Below, piece by piece: positions 8,126-18,193 of a stretch of DNA of 58,312 nt. Source of the DNA: a virus (Duplodnaviria; Caudoviricetes); IMG/VR virus record IMGVR_UViG_3300042475_000814, positions 1 through 58,312 of that record; one strand, 5' to 3'. The notes beneath the pieces are model-generated. The model saw nothing but the letters and a program-made list of their open reading frames with translations. It searched no databases and had not been told where the DNA came from. How positions within the stretch are numbered: position 1 is the first letter of the stretch; every line of letters starts with the position of its first letter. A program made the position numbers and the translations under genes.

Positions 8126-8347
8126 ATGACACCACGACAGAAAGAAATCTATATGATTATTGATGAGTTCTGGAAGTCTTATGGATACGGCCCGTCAGTA
8201 GACGAAGTAATGTATATGGCAAATGTCAACGGTAGGGGCAACATCCATCGAATTATGAAGCGCCTTTGTGAGTTAGGTCATTGTAAGCGGATGCCAGATA
8301 AAGCACGGACTGTACGACCTTTAGGGATAGTGATGCGTAATTTATGA
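8126..8347 (+). CDS. LexA-like N-terminal winged-helix DNA-binding domain, no peptidase domain
   Basis: MTPRQKEIY...GYGPSVDEV...L.ELG...R...KARTV matches the LexA DBD pattern. Confidence 0.75.
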   Translation: MTPRQKEIYMIIDEFWKSYGYGPSVDEVMYMANVNGRGNIHRIMKRLCELGHCKRMPDKARTVRPLGIVMRNL

Positions 8348-9831
8348 ATCTTGAACAGATATTAGAAAAGCTACCACCGGGCGAGAGGGAAGAGATATTC
8401 CGAGCAGCAGCTCAGTGGATAGCCAGTGAGGATATGGAACGGGCGCAGGAAAACTTTCTACCGTTTGTGAGAATGATGTGGCCGGGCTTTATAGACGGCA
8501 GACACCACAAGGTCATGGCCAAGAAGTTTGAGGAGATCGCCGCTGGAAAGACGAGACGGTTAATTATTAATCTTCCGCCTAGACATACGAAGTCGGAGTT
8601 TGCCAGTTACTTATTGCCGGCATGGTTTCTGGGAAAGTTCCCAAATAAGAAAATTATCCAATGTTCGAATACGGCAGAGCTTGCCGTAGGGTTTGGTAGG
8701 AAAGTAAGGAATTTAGTTGATGGAGATCATTATGGTAAGGTATTCCCAAATGTCAGTCTTAGACACGACAGTAAAGCTGCTGGTCGCTGGTCCACTAATT
8801 CTAATGGTGAGTATTTTGCTATTGGTGTGGGCGGGACTGTTACTGGTAAAGGAGCTGATTTGCTTATCATTGATGACCCACATTCCGAACAAGAAGCAGC
8901 GTTAGCCGCCGGCGACCCGTCTGTCTTTGATAAGGTCTATGAATGGTACACATCAGGTCCCAGACAGCGACTCCAGCCGGGCGGTAGTATCGTAATTGTG
9001 ATGACAAGGTGGTCTAAACGGGACTTAGTGGGAAAAATACAGCGAGCGAGTTTAGAAAGAGATGGGGATAACTGGGAGGTAATAGACTTTCCTGCAATCT
9101 TACCGAGTGATAAACCGTTATGGCCAGAATTTTGGAGTTATGAAGAGCTTGAGGCATTAAGAACTGAACTTCCTTTATCTAAATGGCAAGCACAGTACCA
9201 ACAAGATCCTACTTCTGAGGAAGGAGCGATCATAAAAAGAGAATGGTGGCAGATTTGGGAGCCAGAAAGACCGCCAAAATGTCAATTTATCATCCAAAGC
9301 TGGGATACTGCTTTTACCAAGACGGAGCGGAGCGACTATAGTGCGTGTACGACATGGGGAGTTTTCTATAAAGACGAAAACGAGGCCGACCCGCACGTTA
9401 TTCTTCTTGATGCGTTTAAAAGACGTATGGAATTTCCCGAATTAAAGGAAAAAGCAATGGAACATTACCGAGAATGGGAGCCGGATGCGTTTGTGGTAGA
9501 GGCAAAAGCGTCAGGTGCGCCATTAATCTATGAACTTAGGGCGATGGGGATACCTGTCCAAGAGTTTACACCGACAAGAGGTAATGATAAGATAGTGCGA
9601 ATTAATAGTGTATCGGATTTATTCTCATCTGGTAAAGTCTGGGCGCCTCCAACAAGATGGGCGGAGGAAGTAATCGAGGAAATGGCGGCATTTCCCAATT
9701 CAGACCACGATGACTTAGTAGACAGTAGTACACAGGCGTTGATTAGATTTAGAAAAGGTGGATTCTTAAGACTTCCCTCTGATGAAGAGGATGAAGTAAG
9801 ATCCTTTAGACGTAAAGCGGCATATTACTAA
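8344..9831 (+). CDS. terL: Terminase large subunit
   Basis: PPRHTKS Walker A, LLIIDDP Walker B, SWDTA and HDDLVD nuclease motifs. Confidence 0.95.
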   Translation: MNLEQILEKLPPGEREEIFRAAAQWIASEDMERAQENFLPFVRMMWPGFIDGRHHKVMAKKFEEIAAGKTRRLIINLPPRHTKSEFASYLLPAWFLGKFPNKKIIQCSNTAELAVGFGRKVRNLVDGDHYGKVFPNVSLRHDSKAAGRWSTNSNGEYFAIGVGGTVTGKGADLLIIDDPHSEQEAALAAGDPSVFDKVYEWYTSGPRQRLQPGGSIVIVMTRWSKRDLVGKIQRASLERDGDNWEVIDFPAILPSDKPLWPEFWSYEELEALRTELPLSKWQAQYQQDPTSEEGAIIKREWWQIWEPERPPKCQFIIQSWDTAFTKTERSDYSACTTWGVFYKDENEADPHVILLDAFKRRMEFPELKEKAMEHYREWEPDAFVVEAKASGAPLIYELRAMGIPVQEFTPTRGNDKIVRINSVSDLFSSGKVWAPPTRWAEEVIEEMAAFPNSDHDDLVDSSTQALIRFRKGGFLRLPSDEEDEVRSFRRKAAYY

Positions 9832-9839
9832 GGCATATC

Positions 9840-12257
9840 ATGATTGAAAAAAGTTTATACGCAGCTCCTCTTGGGATAGAAGAAGAAATAATGCCCGATA
9901 TAGAGATAGAGATAGAAGATCCCGTAGGTTTAGAATCTTTAGAGATTGAGATTGATGTTGAAGACAGCTTTGATGATAATCTAGCCGAGGAAATAAGTGA
10001 GAAAGAATTAGTCCAAATAGCTGGCGACTTATTAGCCGACTACCAAGACGATATTGATGCTAGGAAGGACTGGATCCAGACCTACGTTGACGGGCTTGAG
10101 CTATTAGGTATGAAGATTGAAGAGAGAACAGACCCGTGGGAAGGTGCTTGTGGAGTCTATCATCCCCTTTTATCCGAGGCTTTAGTTAAGTTCCAAGCTG
10201 AAACTATTATGGAAACGTTTCCAGCAGCCGGACCAGTCAAGACCATGATTATCGGGAAAGAGACTCCCGAAAAGAAGGACGCTGCCATACGAGTTCAAGA
10301 GGATATGAACTACCAATTGACAGATGTAATGACAGAATACCGCCCTGAACATGAGCGAATGATTTGGGGACTAGGACTTTCTGGTAATGCATTTAAGAAA
10401 GTCTACTTTGATCCGTCTCTGAATCGGCAAGTGTCGATGTTTATTCCCGCGGAAGATATAGTCGTACCTTACGGGGCTTCTAGTCTAGAACAGTCTCCAC
10501 GAATAACCCACATTATGCGGAAAACCGAGAACGAGGTAAAGCGTTTACAGTTTGCCGGATTTTATCGGGACGTAGATTTGGGAGAGGCCAGCTCTTCATT
10601 AGACGAAGTAGAGAAGAAGATCGCAGAAAAGATGGGCTTTCGAGCTACCACAGATGACCGCTATAAACTTCTTGAAATGCACGTTTATCTCGACTTAGTA
10701 GGATATGAAGACGAAGAAGATGGCGAACCAACAGGCATAGCCTTACCATATGTAGTAACTATAGATAAGGATTCCGAAACTATTCTATCTATACGGCGTA
10801 ACTGGAGGCCAGAAGATGATACACATCAGAAGAGAAATCATTTTGTTCACTATGGTTATGTGCCGGGCTTTGGTTTCTACTGTTTTGGTCTTATCCATCT
10901 TGTTGGTGCTTTTGCCAAGTCTAGTACTTCCCTTATACGGCAACTGGTGGATGCAGGAACCTTATCTAACTTACCGGGCGGATTTAAAACCCGTGGATTG
11001 CGAATCAAAGGTGATGATACCCCGATAGCTCCGGGAGAATGGCGGGATGCGGATGTTCCAAGCGGTGCGCTCAAAGACAACTTAATGAGTCTACCGTATA
11101 AAGAACCAAGTCAGGTCTTATATAGTCTATTGGGAACTATTGTAGAAGAAGGCCGTAGATTTGCCTCGGCAGCGGATATGAAGATATCTGATATGTCAGC
11201 CAATTCCCCTGTTGGAACAACTTTAGCTATCTTAGAACGTACCCTTAAAGTAATGAGTGCGGTACAGTCTCGTATTCACTACTCGATGAAGCAGGAACTT
11301 AAGCTCCTCAAAGAGATAATCCGTGATTACACCCCTGAAGAATACGATTACGAACCTGAAGAAGGAAGTCCACGGGCTAAACAGTCAGATTATGACTTAG
11401 TTAACGTTATTCCAGTTAGCGATCCAAATGCTGCAACGATGGCACAGAAGATTGTGCAGTATCAGGCCGTTCTTCAGTTAGCACAGGGCGCACCACATAT
11501 TTACAATCTACCGCAATTACATAGGCAGATGTTAGATGTGCTGGGTATTCGAAATGCCCAAAAGTTAATCCCGATGCAAGAGGATAGAAAACCCAAAGAT
11601 CCTATTACTGAGAATATGGATGTACTTAATAGTAAGCCACTTAAGGCTTTCATCTATCAAGACCACGAAGCGCACATTACTGCCCATACAAACTTCCTAA
11701 AAGATCCGCTAACTGCAAAGGTTATTGGTCAGAACCCACAAGCACAGGTAATGACGGCAGGTTTACAGGCACATATAGCGGAACACTTTGGATTTAAGTA
11801 TCGCCAGTTAATAGAACAGCAGTTAGGCGCACCGTTACCGTATCTCAAAGAAGACGAAGATACAATTCCGGAAGAGTACGAAGTCCAGATTTCTAGACTG
11901 ATTGCTCAAGCCTCTATACAGTTACTCCAATTAAATCAATCACAGGCGGCGCAAGAACAAGCCCAACAGCAAGCCCAAGATCCAATTATTCAGATGCAAC
12001 AACAGGAACTTCAGATCAAGATGCAAGACGTTCAGCGCAAAGCCCAGAAAGATCAAGTGGATGCACAGCTTAAAGGTGAGCAGATACAGGTTGAGAGAGA
12101 ACGAATACAGTCTCAAGTCGATATAGAAGGGCAAAAAGCGGGTATTAAGATGTCTTACGACAAAGACAAATTAGACCGTGATAGTGAGATGCAAGCTACG
12201 CAAATGGGTATTGATATAGCAGCCGCTAGAGAACGCAACGCAGGGAATAGACAATGA
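9840..12257 (+). CDS. Portal protein
   Basis: 805 aa after TerL, Q-rich C-terminal barrel-type coiled coil. Confidence 0.85.
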   Translation: MIEKSLYAAPLGIEEEIMPDIEIEIEDPVGLESLEIEIDVEDSFDDNLAEEISEKELVQIAGDLLADYQDDIDARKDWIQTYVDGLELLGMKIEERTDPWEGACGVYHPLLSEALVKFQAETIMETFPAAGPVKTMIIGKETPEKKDAAIRVQEDMNYQLTDVMTEYRPEHERMIWGLGLSGNAFKKVYFDPSLNRQVSMFIPAEDIVVPYGASSLEQSPRITHIMRKTENEVKRLQFAGFYRDVDLGEASSSLDEVEKKIAEKMGFRATTDDRYKLLEMHVYLDLVGYEDEEDGEPTGIALPYVVTIDKDSETILSIRRNWRPEDDTHQKRNHFVHYGYVPGFGFYCFGLIHLVGAFAKSSTSLIRQLVDAGTLSNLPGGFKTRGLRIKGDDTPIAPGEWRDADVPSGALKDNLMSLPYKEPSQVLYSLLGTIVEEGRRFASAADMKISDMSANSPVGTTLAILERTLKVMSAVQSRIHYSMKQELKLLKEIIRDYTPEEYDYEPEEGSPRAKQSDYDLVNVIPVSDPNAATMAQKIVQYQAVLQLAQGAPHIYNLPQLHRQMLDVLGIRNAQKLIPMQEDRKPKDPITENMDVLNSKPLKAFIYQDHEAHITAHTNFLKDPLTAKVIGQNPQAQVMTAGLQAHIAEHFGFKYRQLIEQQLGAPLPYLKEDEDTIPEEYEVQISRLIAQASIQLLQLNQSQAAQEQAQQQAQDPIIQMQQQELQIKMQDVQRKAQKDQVDAQLKGEQIQVERERIQSQVDIEGQKAGIKMSYDKDKLDRDSEMQATQMGIDIAAARERNAGNRQ

Positions 12258-12445
12258 CAGAGTTAGACATAATTGTTCAACAACTAGACGAAAAAGTTAA
12301 ACAATTAAACGAAGCAGTAGTAAACGGTAATTTTGAGAAGTTTGAAGATTACAAAAAAACGTGTGGTGAGATTCGGGGTCTGCTCACTGCTCGTGGTTAC
12401 GCATTAGACCTGAAGGATCGAATAGAAAAGGCAAACGATGAATGA
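12254..12445 (+). CDS. Small head-module hypothetical protein
   Basis: ORF track, coupled to neighbours. Confidence 0.7.
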   Translation: MTELDIIVQQLDEKVKQLNEAVVNGNFEKFEDYKKTCGEIRGLLTARGYALDLKDRIEKANDE

Positions 12446-12833
12446 CCTAGCACAGGCAGTAGATTTATCTCTAGTTCTTAATAAAAGAAGCGAAGAGAAA
12501 GCAACACAGCTCCCAAAACCGTCAGGATATCGCATACTCTGCGCTATTCCAGAAGCGGAAAAAGAGCATGACGGAGGCATCCTCAAATCAGACGAAACAA
12601 TGCGAAATGAAGAAACGCTTACGACAGTGCTATTTGTAATAGATTTAGGACCCGATTGTTATGTGGATAAAGTAAAGTTTCCAACTGGGCCGTGGTGTAA
12701 GAAGGGTGATTTTATCCTTGTACGCCCCCACGCAGGTACAAGACTAGTCATACATAATAAAGAGTTCCGTATTATCAATGACGATACAGTAGAAGGTGTA
12801 GTTTCCGACCCCCGTGGTATTAGACGAAAATAA
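12438..12833 (+). CDS. GroES/Cpn10-like co-chaperonin
   Basis: PSGYRIL...GGIL...VIDLGPD...KGD...G.....EFRIINDD pattern. Confidence 0.85.
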   Translation: MNDLAQAVDLSLVLNKRSEEKATQLPKPSGYRILCAIPEAEKEHDGGILKSDETMRNEETLTTVLFVIDLGPDCYVDKVKFPTGPWCKKGDFILVRPHAGTRLVIHNKEFRIINDDTVEGVVSDPRGIRRK

Positions 12834-12843
12834 GGAGTTTACG

Positions 12844-13773
12844 ATGGCAGAAAATAAATTAGGCTTTGAAGAATTTAAGTATCCCGATGAAGTAGAAGAC
12901 AAGATAGAAGTTGAGGTGGAGAGTGACGTTCCTAAACAGGATCGTGGCAAAACGCCTTCTGAACCTGAGTTTGTCGAAAGCATGGATAAAGACGAACTGG
13001 ATGAATATTCTGAGTCTGCTAAACAAAAGATAGCTGGATTTAGGAAGATTTATCACGATGAACGCCGTGCCAAAGAAGAAGCTGACCGTGAAAGACAGGA
13101 AGCCGTAGCTATTGCTAAACAGTTATTTGAGGAGAATAAAGCCCTAAAAGGCAGAGTTACCAACAGTGAAAATTATGCTGTTGACTCTTACAAAACCGCC
13201 GCCCAGCGTGAAATGGAGATGGCAAAGCGGGAATATAAGGAGGCTTATGACTCCGGAGATGGCGATAGGTTAGTCGAAGCACAGGAAAAAATGACTACCG
13301 CCCGCATTAAATTAGATAGGGCAGATAATGTTGCGCAAAATATGCAACAAAAAAATGCTTTACAAGAAGAAAGAAATGAAGTAAAAATACAACAACAGCC
13401 GGAAAGACCACCCCGTGATCAGAAAGCTTCCTCATGGCAAGACCGAAACTCTTGGTTTGGGCAAGATGATGAAATGACAAGTCTAGCTTTAGGGCTACAC
13501 GAAAAGCTTGTCAAAGAAAACGGAATGGCTTATGCTACGACTGACGAGTATTACAAGCGTATTGACGAAACAATGCGCAAAAGATTTCCTGAAAACTTTG
13601 AAGAAGCTGAAGACGAGAAGCCTCGACAAAAACTTAGTAACGTAGTTGCACCAGCAAACCGAAGCACATCCTCGAAAAAGGTAAAGCTTAATACTTCACA
13701 GCTATCGATAGCTAAAAGGTTAGGTCTAACGCCAGAGCAATACGCCCGTGAACTAGTAAAAATGGAGTCTTAA
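12844..13773 (+). CDS. Capsid scaffolding protein (putative)
   Basis: Acidic coiled coil, NSWFG motif, C-terminal IAKRLGLTPEQYA helix pair, upstream of capsid. Confidence 0.7.
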   Translation: MAENKLGFEEFKYPDEVEDKIEVEVESDVPKQDRGKTPSEPEFVESMDKDELDEYSESAKQKIAGFRKIYHDERRAKEEADRERQEAVAIAKQLFEENKALKGRVTNSENYAVDSYKTAAQREMEMAKREYKEAYDSGDGDRLVEAQEKMTTARIKLDRADNVAQNMQQKNALQEERNEVKIQQQPERPPRDQKASSWQDRNSWFGQDDEMTSLALGLHEKLVKENGMAYATTDEYYKRIDETMRKRFPENFEEAEDEKPRQKLSNVVAPANRSTSSKKVKLNTSQLSIAKRLGLTPEQYARELVKMES

Positions 13774-13774
13774 T

Positions 13775-14218
13775 ATGACAACGAAACCAAGAGAAATAGA
13801 AACCCGTGAGTTTACGGAACGTGTAAAAGTTTGGAAACAAGCAGAGCTTTTACCAGAGCCGGACAAGCAAGCAGGTTATAAGTACCGATGGATACGAGTA
13901 GCAACGCTGAATCAAGCCGACCCAAGAAATCTTTCATCGAAATTGAGAGAAGGATGGGAGCCTGTAGGCATTGAAGAACAGCCACAGATGCAAATGTTGA
14001 TAGATCCCAATAGTCGATACAAAGAGAATATTGAGATCAGTGGATTATTACTCTGCAAAACGCCAGAAGATTTAGTTGATCAACGGAACAGTTTCTTCCG
14101 TAATCAAGCAGAAAATCAGATGGAGGCCGTAGATAATAGTCTTATGCGCCAAAGTGATCCACGGATGCCACTCTTTAAAGAGAGTAAGTCTACGACCACA
14201 TTTGGTAAAGGTAATTAA
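13775..14218 (+). CDS. Conserved head-module protein (YRWIR...REGWEPV...GLLLCK)
   Basis: ORF track, synteny. Confidence 0.75.
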   Translation: MTTKPREIETREFTERVKVWKQAELLPEPDKQAGYKYRWIRVATLNQADPRNLSSKLREGWEPVGIEEQPQMQMLIDPNSRYKENIEISGLLLCKTPEDLVDQRNSFFRNQAENQMEAVDNSLMRQSDPRMPLFKESKSTTTFGKGN

Positions 14219-14237
14219 TTTAACTTAGGAGTTTAAT

Positions 14238-14846
14238 ATGGCTTATCCAACTGTAAGCGCTCCGTATGGACTAAAACCAGTCAATTTAATTGGCGGTCAA
14301 GTCTTTGCAGGGGCAACTCGTCAGATGGAAATTGCAAGTGGCTATGCTACGAACATTTTCTATGGCGATTTAGTAAAACGTATTTCCGATGGAACGATTG
14401 AGAAAGATACTGGCACAACTACAGCTACACCTTGCGGTGTATTTTTAGGTGTTAGTTTTACTAACTCATCTACTGGGCAAGTACAGCAACAACAGTTCTA
14501 CCCAGCAAGTCAGGCAATCAAATCTGGAACGAAGATTTTTGCAGTCGTTGCGGATGATCCTGATACATTGTTCCAAGTCGTTTCTTGTTCTTCAACCACA
14601 ACTGTGGCTGGAATGGGTATTTCTGCTATTTGTAATAACATTGCTCTAATTCAAAACTCTGGTTCTACCACTACTGGTAATTCCGCTGTAGCGATTGATG
14701 AAGGAACGCAAGCTACTACTAATACTCTACCTATCCGCATTATTGATGTGGTAAGAGATACAGCAACTGGCACTGACACATTTGTTGAGTTTATCGTTAA
14801 GATAAATGCAACTATGCATCAGTATAACAACTCAACCGGCATCTAA
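14238..14846 (+). CDS. Head decoration/cement protein (putative)
   Basis: PYGLKPV, IFYGDLV, VADDP motifs; immediately upstream of capsid gene. Confidence 0.65.
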   Translation: MAYPTVSAPYGLKPVNLIGGQVFAGATRQMEIASGYATNIFYGDLVKRISDGTIEKDTGTTTATPCGVFLGVSFTNSSTGQVQQQQFYPASQAIKSGTKIFAVVADDPDTLFQVVSCSSTTTVAGMGISAICNNIALIQNSGSTTTGNSAVAIDEGTQATTNTLPIRIIDVVRDTATGTDTFVEFIVKINATMHQYNNSTGI

Positions 14847-14858
14847 GGGAGCAACTAA

Positions 14859-15770
14859 ATGGCTATTTCAAGAGCGCAGCTACTTAAAGAGTTGCTTCCC
14901 GGACTAAACGCTTTGTTTGGTTTGGAGTATGCAACGTATGGTGAACAACACAAAGAAATCTATGCATCAGAGACTTCTGAGCGTTCGTTCGAAGAAGAAA
15001 CAAAACTGTCTGGCTTTAATGCTGCACCGGTCAAAAACGAAGGTTCTGCCATCGCTTATGACAATGCACAAGAAGCTTTCACAGCTCGTTATAACCACGA
15101 AACTATTGCCCTTGGCTTTAGCTTGACTGAAGAAGCAATCGAAGATAACCTCTACGATAGCCTATCATCACGCTATACCAAAGCATTAGCTCGTGCAATG
15201 GCTTACACTAAGCAAACTAAAGCAGCTTCCGTCTTAAACAACGGTTTCTCTGCTGGCGTTTATGCTGGTGGTGATGGCGTGGCTTTATTTAGTACGTCAC
15301 ATCCATTGGTCTCTGGTGGCACAAACAGCAATACTCAATCTACCCCTGCTGACTTGAATGAGACTTCTTTAGAAGCCGCTGTCATTCAAATTGCTGCTTG
15401 GACTGATGAGCGTGGTTTGTTAATCGCTGCTAAACCTCGTAAGTTAATCGTTCCACCTGCACTACAGTTCGTGGCTACCCGTCTATTAGAGACACAGCTC
15501 CGTACTGCAACAGCAGACAACGATATCAACGCTATTGTAAACAACGGTTCAATCCCAGAAGGTTATACAGTAAATAACTATCTGACTGATACCAATGCTT
15601 ACTTCATCTGCACCGATGTACCAAATGGTATGAAGCACTTTGTTCGTACACCTTTGAGTAACTCGATGGACGGTGACTTCGATACAGGTAACGTCCGTTA
15701 CAAGTCTCGTGAGCGTTATTCTTTTGGGTTCTCTGACCCACTAGGAATGTTCGGTTCGCCCGGAGCGTAA
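14859..15770 (+). CDS. Major capsid protein
   Basis: MAISRAQLLKELLPGLNALFG, GGDGVALFSTSHP, RERYSFG; followed by terminator. Confidence 0.9.
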   Translation: MAISRAQLLKELLPGLNALFGLEYATYGEQHKEIYASETSERSFEEETKLSGFNAAPVKNEGSAIAYDNAQEAFTARYNHETIALGFSLTEEAIEDNLYDSLSSRYTKALARAMAYTKQTKAASVLNNGFSAGVYAGGDGVALFSTSHPLVSGGTNSNTQSTPADLNETSLEAAVIQIAAWTDERGLLIAAKPRKLIVPPALQFVATRLLETQLRTATADNDINAIVNNGSIPEGYTVNNYLTDTNAYFICTDVPNGMKHFVRTPLSNSMDGDFDTGNVRYKSRERYSFGFSDPLGMFGSPGA

Positions 15771-15774
15771 AAAG

Positions 15775-15800
15775 AAGGGGAGATAAAACTCCCCTTTTTA
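15775..15800 (+). terminator. Intrinsic terminator after capsid gene
   Basis: AAGGGGAG-ATAAAA-CTCCCCTT followed by T run. Confidence 0.8.
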
Positions 15801-15824
15801 ATTTATTTGTAGTATGATTATTTA

Positions 15825-15899
15825 TCTGGGTAATACCAGCTTATTAAACTGCCCCAGCAGACGGTATACCGATTAATAGGCTTAACTTGTATATAGGAG
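15825..15899 (+). ncRNA. Structured leader RNA with two potential pseudoknots (resembles Polynucleobacter-1 motif)
   Basis: Stem 15839-47/15873-81, CTGC-ccca-GCAG hairpin, CTGGG/CCCAG and GTATAC/GTATAT pairings next to the SD; family match from memory only. Confidence 0.55.
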
Positions 15900-15906
15900 A
15901 ATTAAT

Positions 15907-16446
15907 ATGGCACGTACCACATTCCAAGGTCCAGTTCGTTCATTGGGCGGCATTTATCAACAAGGTCCAGCTACTATTGTTGAAATTACAACCAGCACTA
16001 CATTAAGTCCAGAAGCTCATGGTGGACGTATTATTTCCGTAGGTGGTTCTTTAGCAGCTGCCTTAACTTTAACCTTACCAACCATTAACGCATCTGCAAA
16101 TCCAACCACTTCTGGTCCCGGTCAAGACCCCAGCACGCTGAACAACGAAGGCGTGATGTATACCATTTGGGTTCCAACCACAATCTCTACTTCTTCCTTG
16201 AAGATTGGTACTGACGGCACAGATAAATATGTAGGTTCTGTATTGTCGATTGACACAGACACTTCTGGTGCTGCTGTAGGCTTTGTATCAGGCGCAACTG
16301 ATGACTTTATTAACTTTAACGGTACAACTACTGGCGGTGTTGCAGGTACATTTGTACAGATCTATGCAATTGCTGCATTAAAGTATATGGTTACAGGCAC
16401 AGTGTTAGGTTCTGGTACTGTTGCAACTCCGTTTGCTACTTCTTAA
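15907..16446 (+). CDS. Virion structural protein (minor head/decoration)
   Basis: MARTTFQGPVRS start, T/G-rich beta composition. Confidence 0.7.
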   Translation: MARTTFQGPVRSLGGIYQQGPATIVEITTSTTLSPEAHGGRIISVGGSLAAALTLTLPTINASANPTTSGPGQDPSTLNNEGVMYTIWVPTTISTSSLKIGTDGTDKYVGSVLSIDTDTSGAAVGFVSGATDDFINFNGTTTGGVAGTFVQIYAIAALKYMVTGTVLGSGTVATPFATS

Positions 16447-16485
16447 TTAATCTAGGGGATAACCCTTAACTTTTGGAGATTAATT

Positions 16486-16998
16486 ATGGGTATGCAATAT
16501 GATGTAAAACAAGGACACTTAAACGAAAGTGGTTTCTTTGTTCTTGGACGCAACCGTGTCAAAGGTATTTCTTTCTTTGGTGGCGGTGGAACTTTAGTGT
16601 TATTTGACACAACTTCTGCTCCTGTATCTTCTAGTGTTACTTATGCACAAAGTGGTACAACCGTAACCGTAAGTAAAACATCTCATGGTCTAGTTACAGG
16701 TGATGTGGTTGGCATCCACTTTGACTCAAATACAGGCGTATCCGCAACGGACGGCAATTATTCTATTACTAGAGTGGATGCAAATTCGTTTACTTTGACT
16801 GACATTAACTCACGCACAATCACAAGCACTGCGGCTTTATATGTTAGCGGAGTTAATCGTTGGTTGCTAACCTATGAAACACACTCAACAGATGAGTTCC
16901 AAAACGCTCCGCTTATTCCCGGTGAGGGCGTGTTAGTAGCTAATGGGATTTATGCGTATATGAGTGCCATAGATTCAGCGCAGATTTATTATGGCTAA
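16486..16998 (+). CDS. Virion protein with FCCH-like beta insert (HGLVTGDVV)
   Basis: ORF track; motif. Confidence 0.7.
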   Translation: MGMQYDVKQGHLNESGFFVLGRNRVKGISFFGGGGTLVLFDTTSAPVSSSVTYAQSGTTVTVSKTSHGLVTGDVVGIHFDSNTGVSATDGNYSITRVDANSFTLTDINSRTITSTAALYVSGVNRWLLTYETHSTDEFQNAPLIPGEGVLVANGIYAYMSAIDSAQIYYG

Positions 16999-17248
16999 GA
17001 AAAAAGGTCCGTCCCTCGCTATTGGTAGGGGTGAGAAGTTACCTGTATCTAAAGGGGCGGGTCTTACTGCAAAAGGCAGAGCTAAGTACAATGCGGCTAC
17101 GGGGTCTAATCTAAAAGCTCCGCAACCACAAGGCGGTGCAAGAAAGAAATCGTTCTGCGCTAGGATGTCAGGGATGCCCGGACCAATGAAAGACGAGAAC
17201 GGCAAACCAACTAGGAAGGCTGCGAGTCTAAAAAGATGGAAATGCTAA
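16991..17248 (+). CDS. Small basic protein, DUF6321-like
   Basis: GLTAKGRAKYN...LKAP...RKKSFCARM...RWKC. Confidence 0.7.
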   Translation: MAKKKGPSLAIGRGEKLPVSKGAGLTAKGRAKYNAATGSNLKAPQPQGGARKKSFCARMSGMPGPMKDENGKPTRKAASLKRWKC

Positions 17249-17478
17249 ACATGATGGAGTTATGGACAAGCGGACTGACTATACTAATAGCAGTCATAGC
17301 CTATATGATGAATGAAAAGTTTACAGAGTTAGCCCGTATTGGTATATTGTTAAATAAAACCAGAGAAGAGGTAGCCCGTGATAACGTCACTAAAGCAGAA
17401 GTTGACCGCATTGTTGAACACATTGACGCAAGGTTTAACAAGCTTGAAAACAAAATTGATCAGCTTATTTCGAGGTAA
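17236..17478 (+). CDS. Small protein with N-terminal hydrophobic helix and coiled coil
   Basis: ORF track. Confidence 0.65.
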   Translation: MEMLNMMELWTSGLTILIAVIAYMMNEKFTELARIGILLNKTREEVARDNVTKAEVDRIVEHIDARFNKLENKIDQLISR

Positions 17479-17483
17479 GCAAA

Positions 17484-17897
17484 ATGGCTAAAGTAAAAGA
17501 CCCAATATTCGCCTTCTTAGAAGCTGAAGAAGATGCTGCTTATGCTAAAAGTCCGTTAGGAAAAGCAAAAGGAACTGGATTAGCAGCACTTAGTAAGTTT
17601 GCTGATAGAGCAAGAGCGAACGAAATAACAGAAGCAAAAAAGCCATCTATTAATTACAGAACAAACATTCCTAAAGTTGGCGAAACAAAACTTGAAATTG
17701 AAAAAAGAAGTATTAACTTAAACCCAGACTATGCAGCAGATGACGAATTAAGACAAATTAATTCAAGAATGCAATCCGCTGAAATGCGTAAAGGTGGTAA
17801 GGTTAAGAAAATGGCTAGTGGTGGCAAAGTTTCTAGCGCATCTAAAAGAGCTGACGGTTGCGCAGTTAAAGGTAAAACAAAAGGACGGATAATATAA
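17484..17897 (+). CDS. Basic protein with C-terminal SASKRADG tag (1)
   Basis: Ends MASGGKVSSASKRADGCAVKGKTKGRII. Confidence 0.8.
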   Translation: MAKVKDPIFAFLEAEEDAAYAKSPLGKAKGTGLAALSKFADRARANEITEAKKPSINYRTNIPKVGETKLEIEKRSINLNPDYAADDELRQINSRMQSAEMRKGGKVKKMASGGKVSSASKRADGCAVKGKTKGRII

Positions 17898-18193
17898 TGA
17901 CTGAAATGGAAGAAATGGAAAATGCATTAAAATCTGGAAAAGGTACAGATAAAGGAATGCTTCTCAAACCATATAAAAATTATGATTTTAAAATAGATGG
18001 CAAAGAAGGAAAAAGTGTACCGTTAAGAAAACTAACTCCAAGTGATGCAAAAATTAAAACAGGAATAGAAGAATTTGATGATATTCCAGTACGCAAAATA
18101 AAATATCTAAAAAAAGGTGGATCAGTATCTAGTGCGTCTAAACGTGCAGACGGATGTGCAGTTAAAGGTAAAACTAGAGGTAGGATGGTGTAA
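17897..18193 (+). CDS. Basic protein with C-terminal SASKRADG tag (2)
   Basis: Ends LKKGGSVSSASKRADGCAVKGKTRGRMV. Confidence 0.8.
   Translation: MTEMEEMENALKSGKGTDKGMLLKPYKNYDFKIDGKEGKSVPLRKLTPSDAKIKTGIEEFDDIPVRKIKYLKKGGSVSSASKRADGCAVKGKTRGRMV

Noticed and set aside
7902-8129. ORF between terS and the LexA-like gene
   Set aside because: Start uncertain, 5' part overlaps the G-rich end of terS, no motif; may be real but is unsupported
16486-16998. Ubiquitin-like conjugation system (FCCH-like domain plus GG motifs)
   Set aside because: FCCH-like beta domains are common in virion proteins; no E1, E2 or JAB catalytic domains seen
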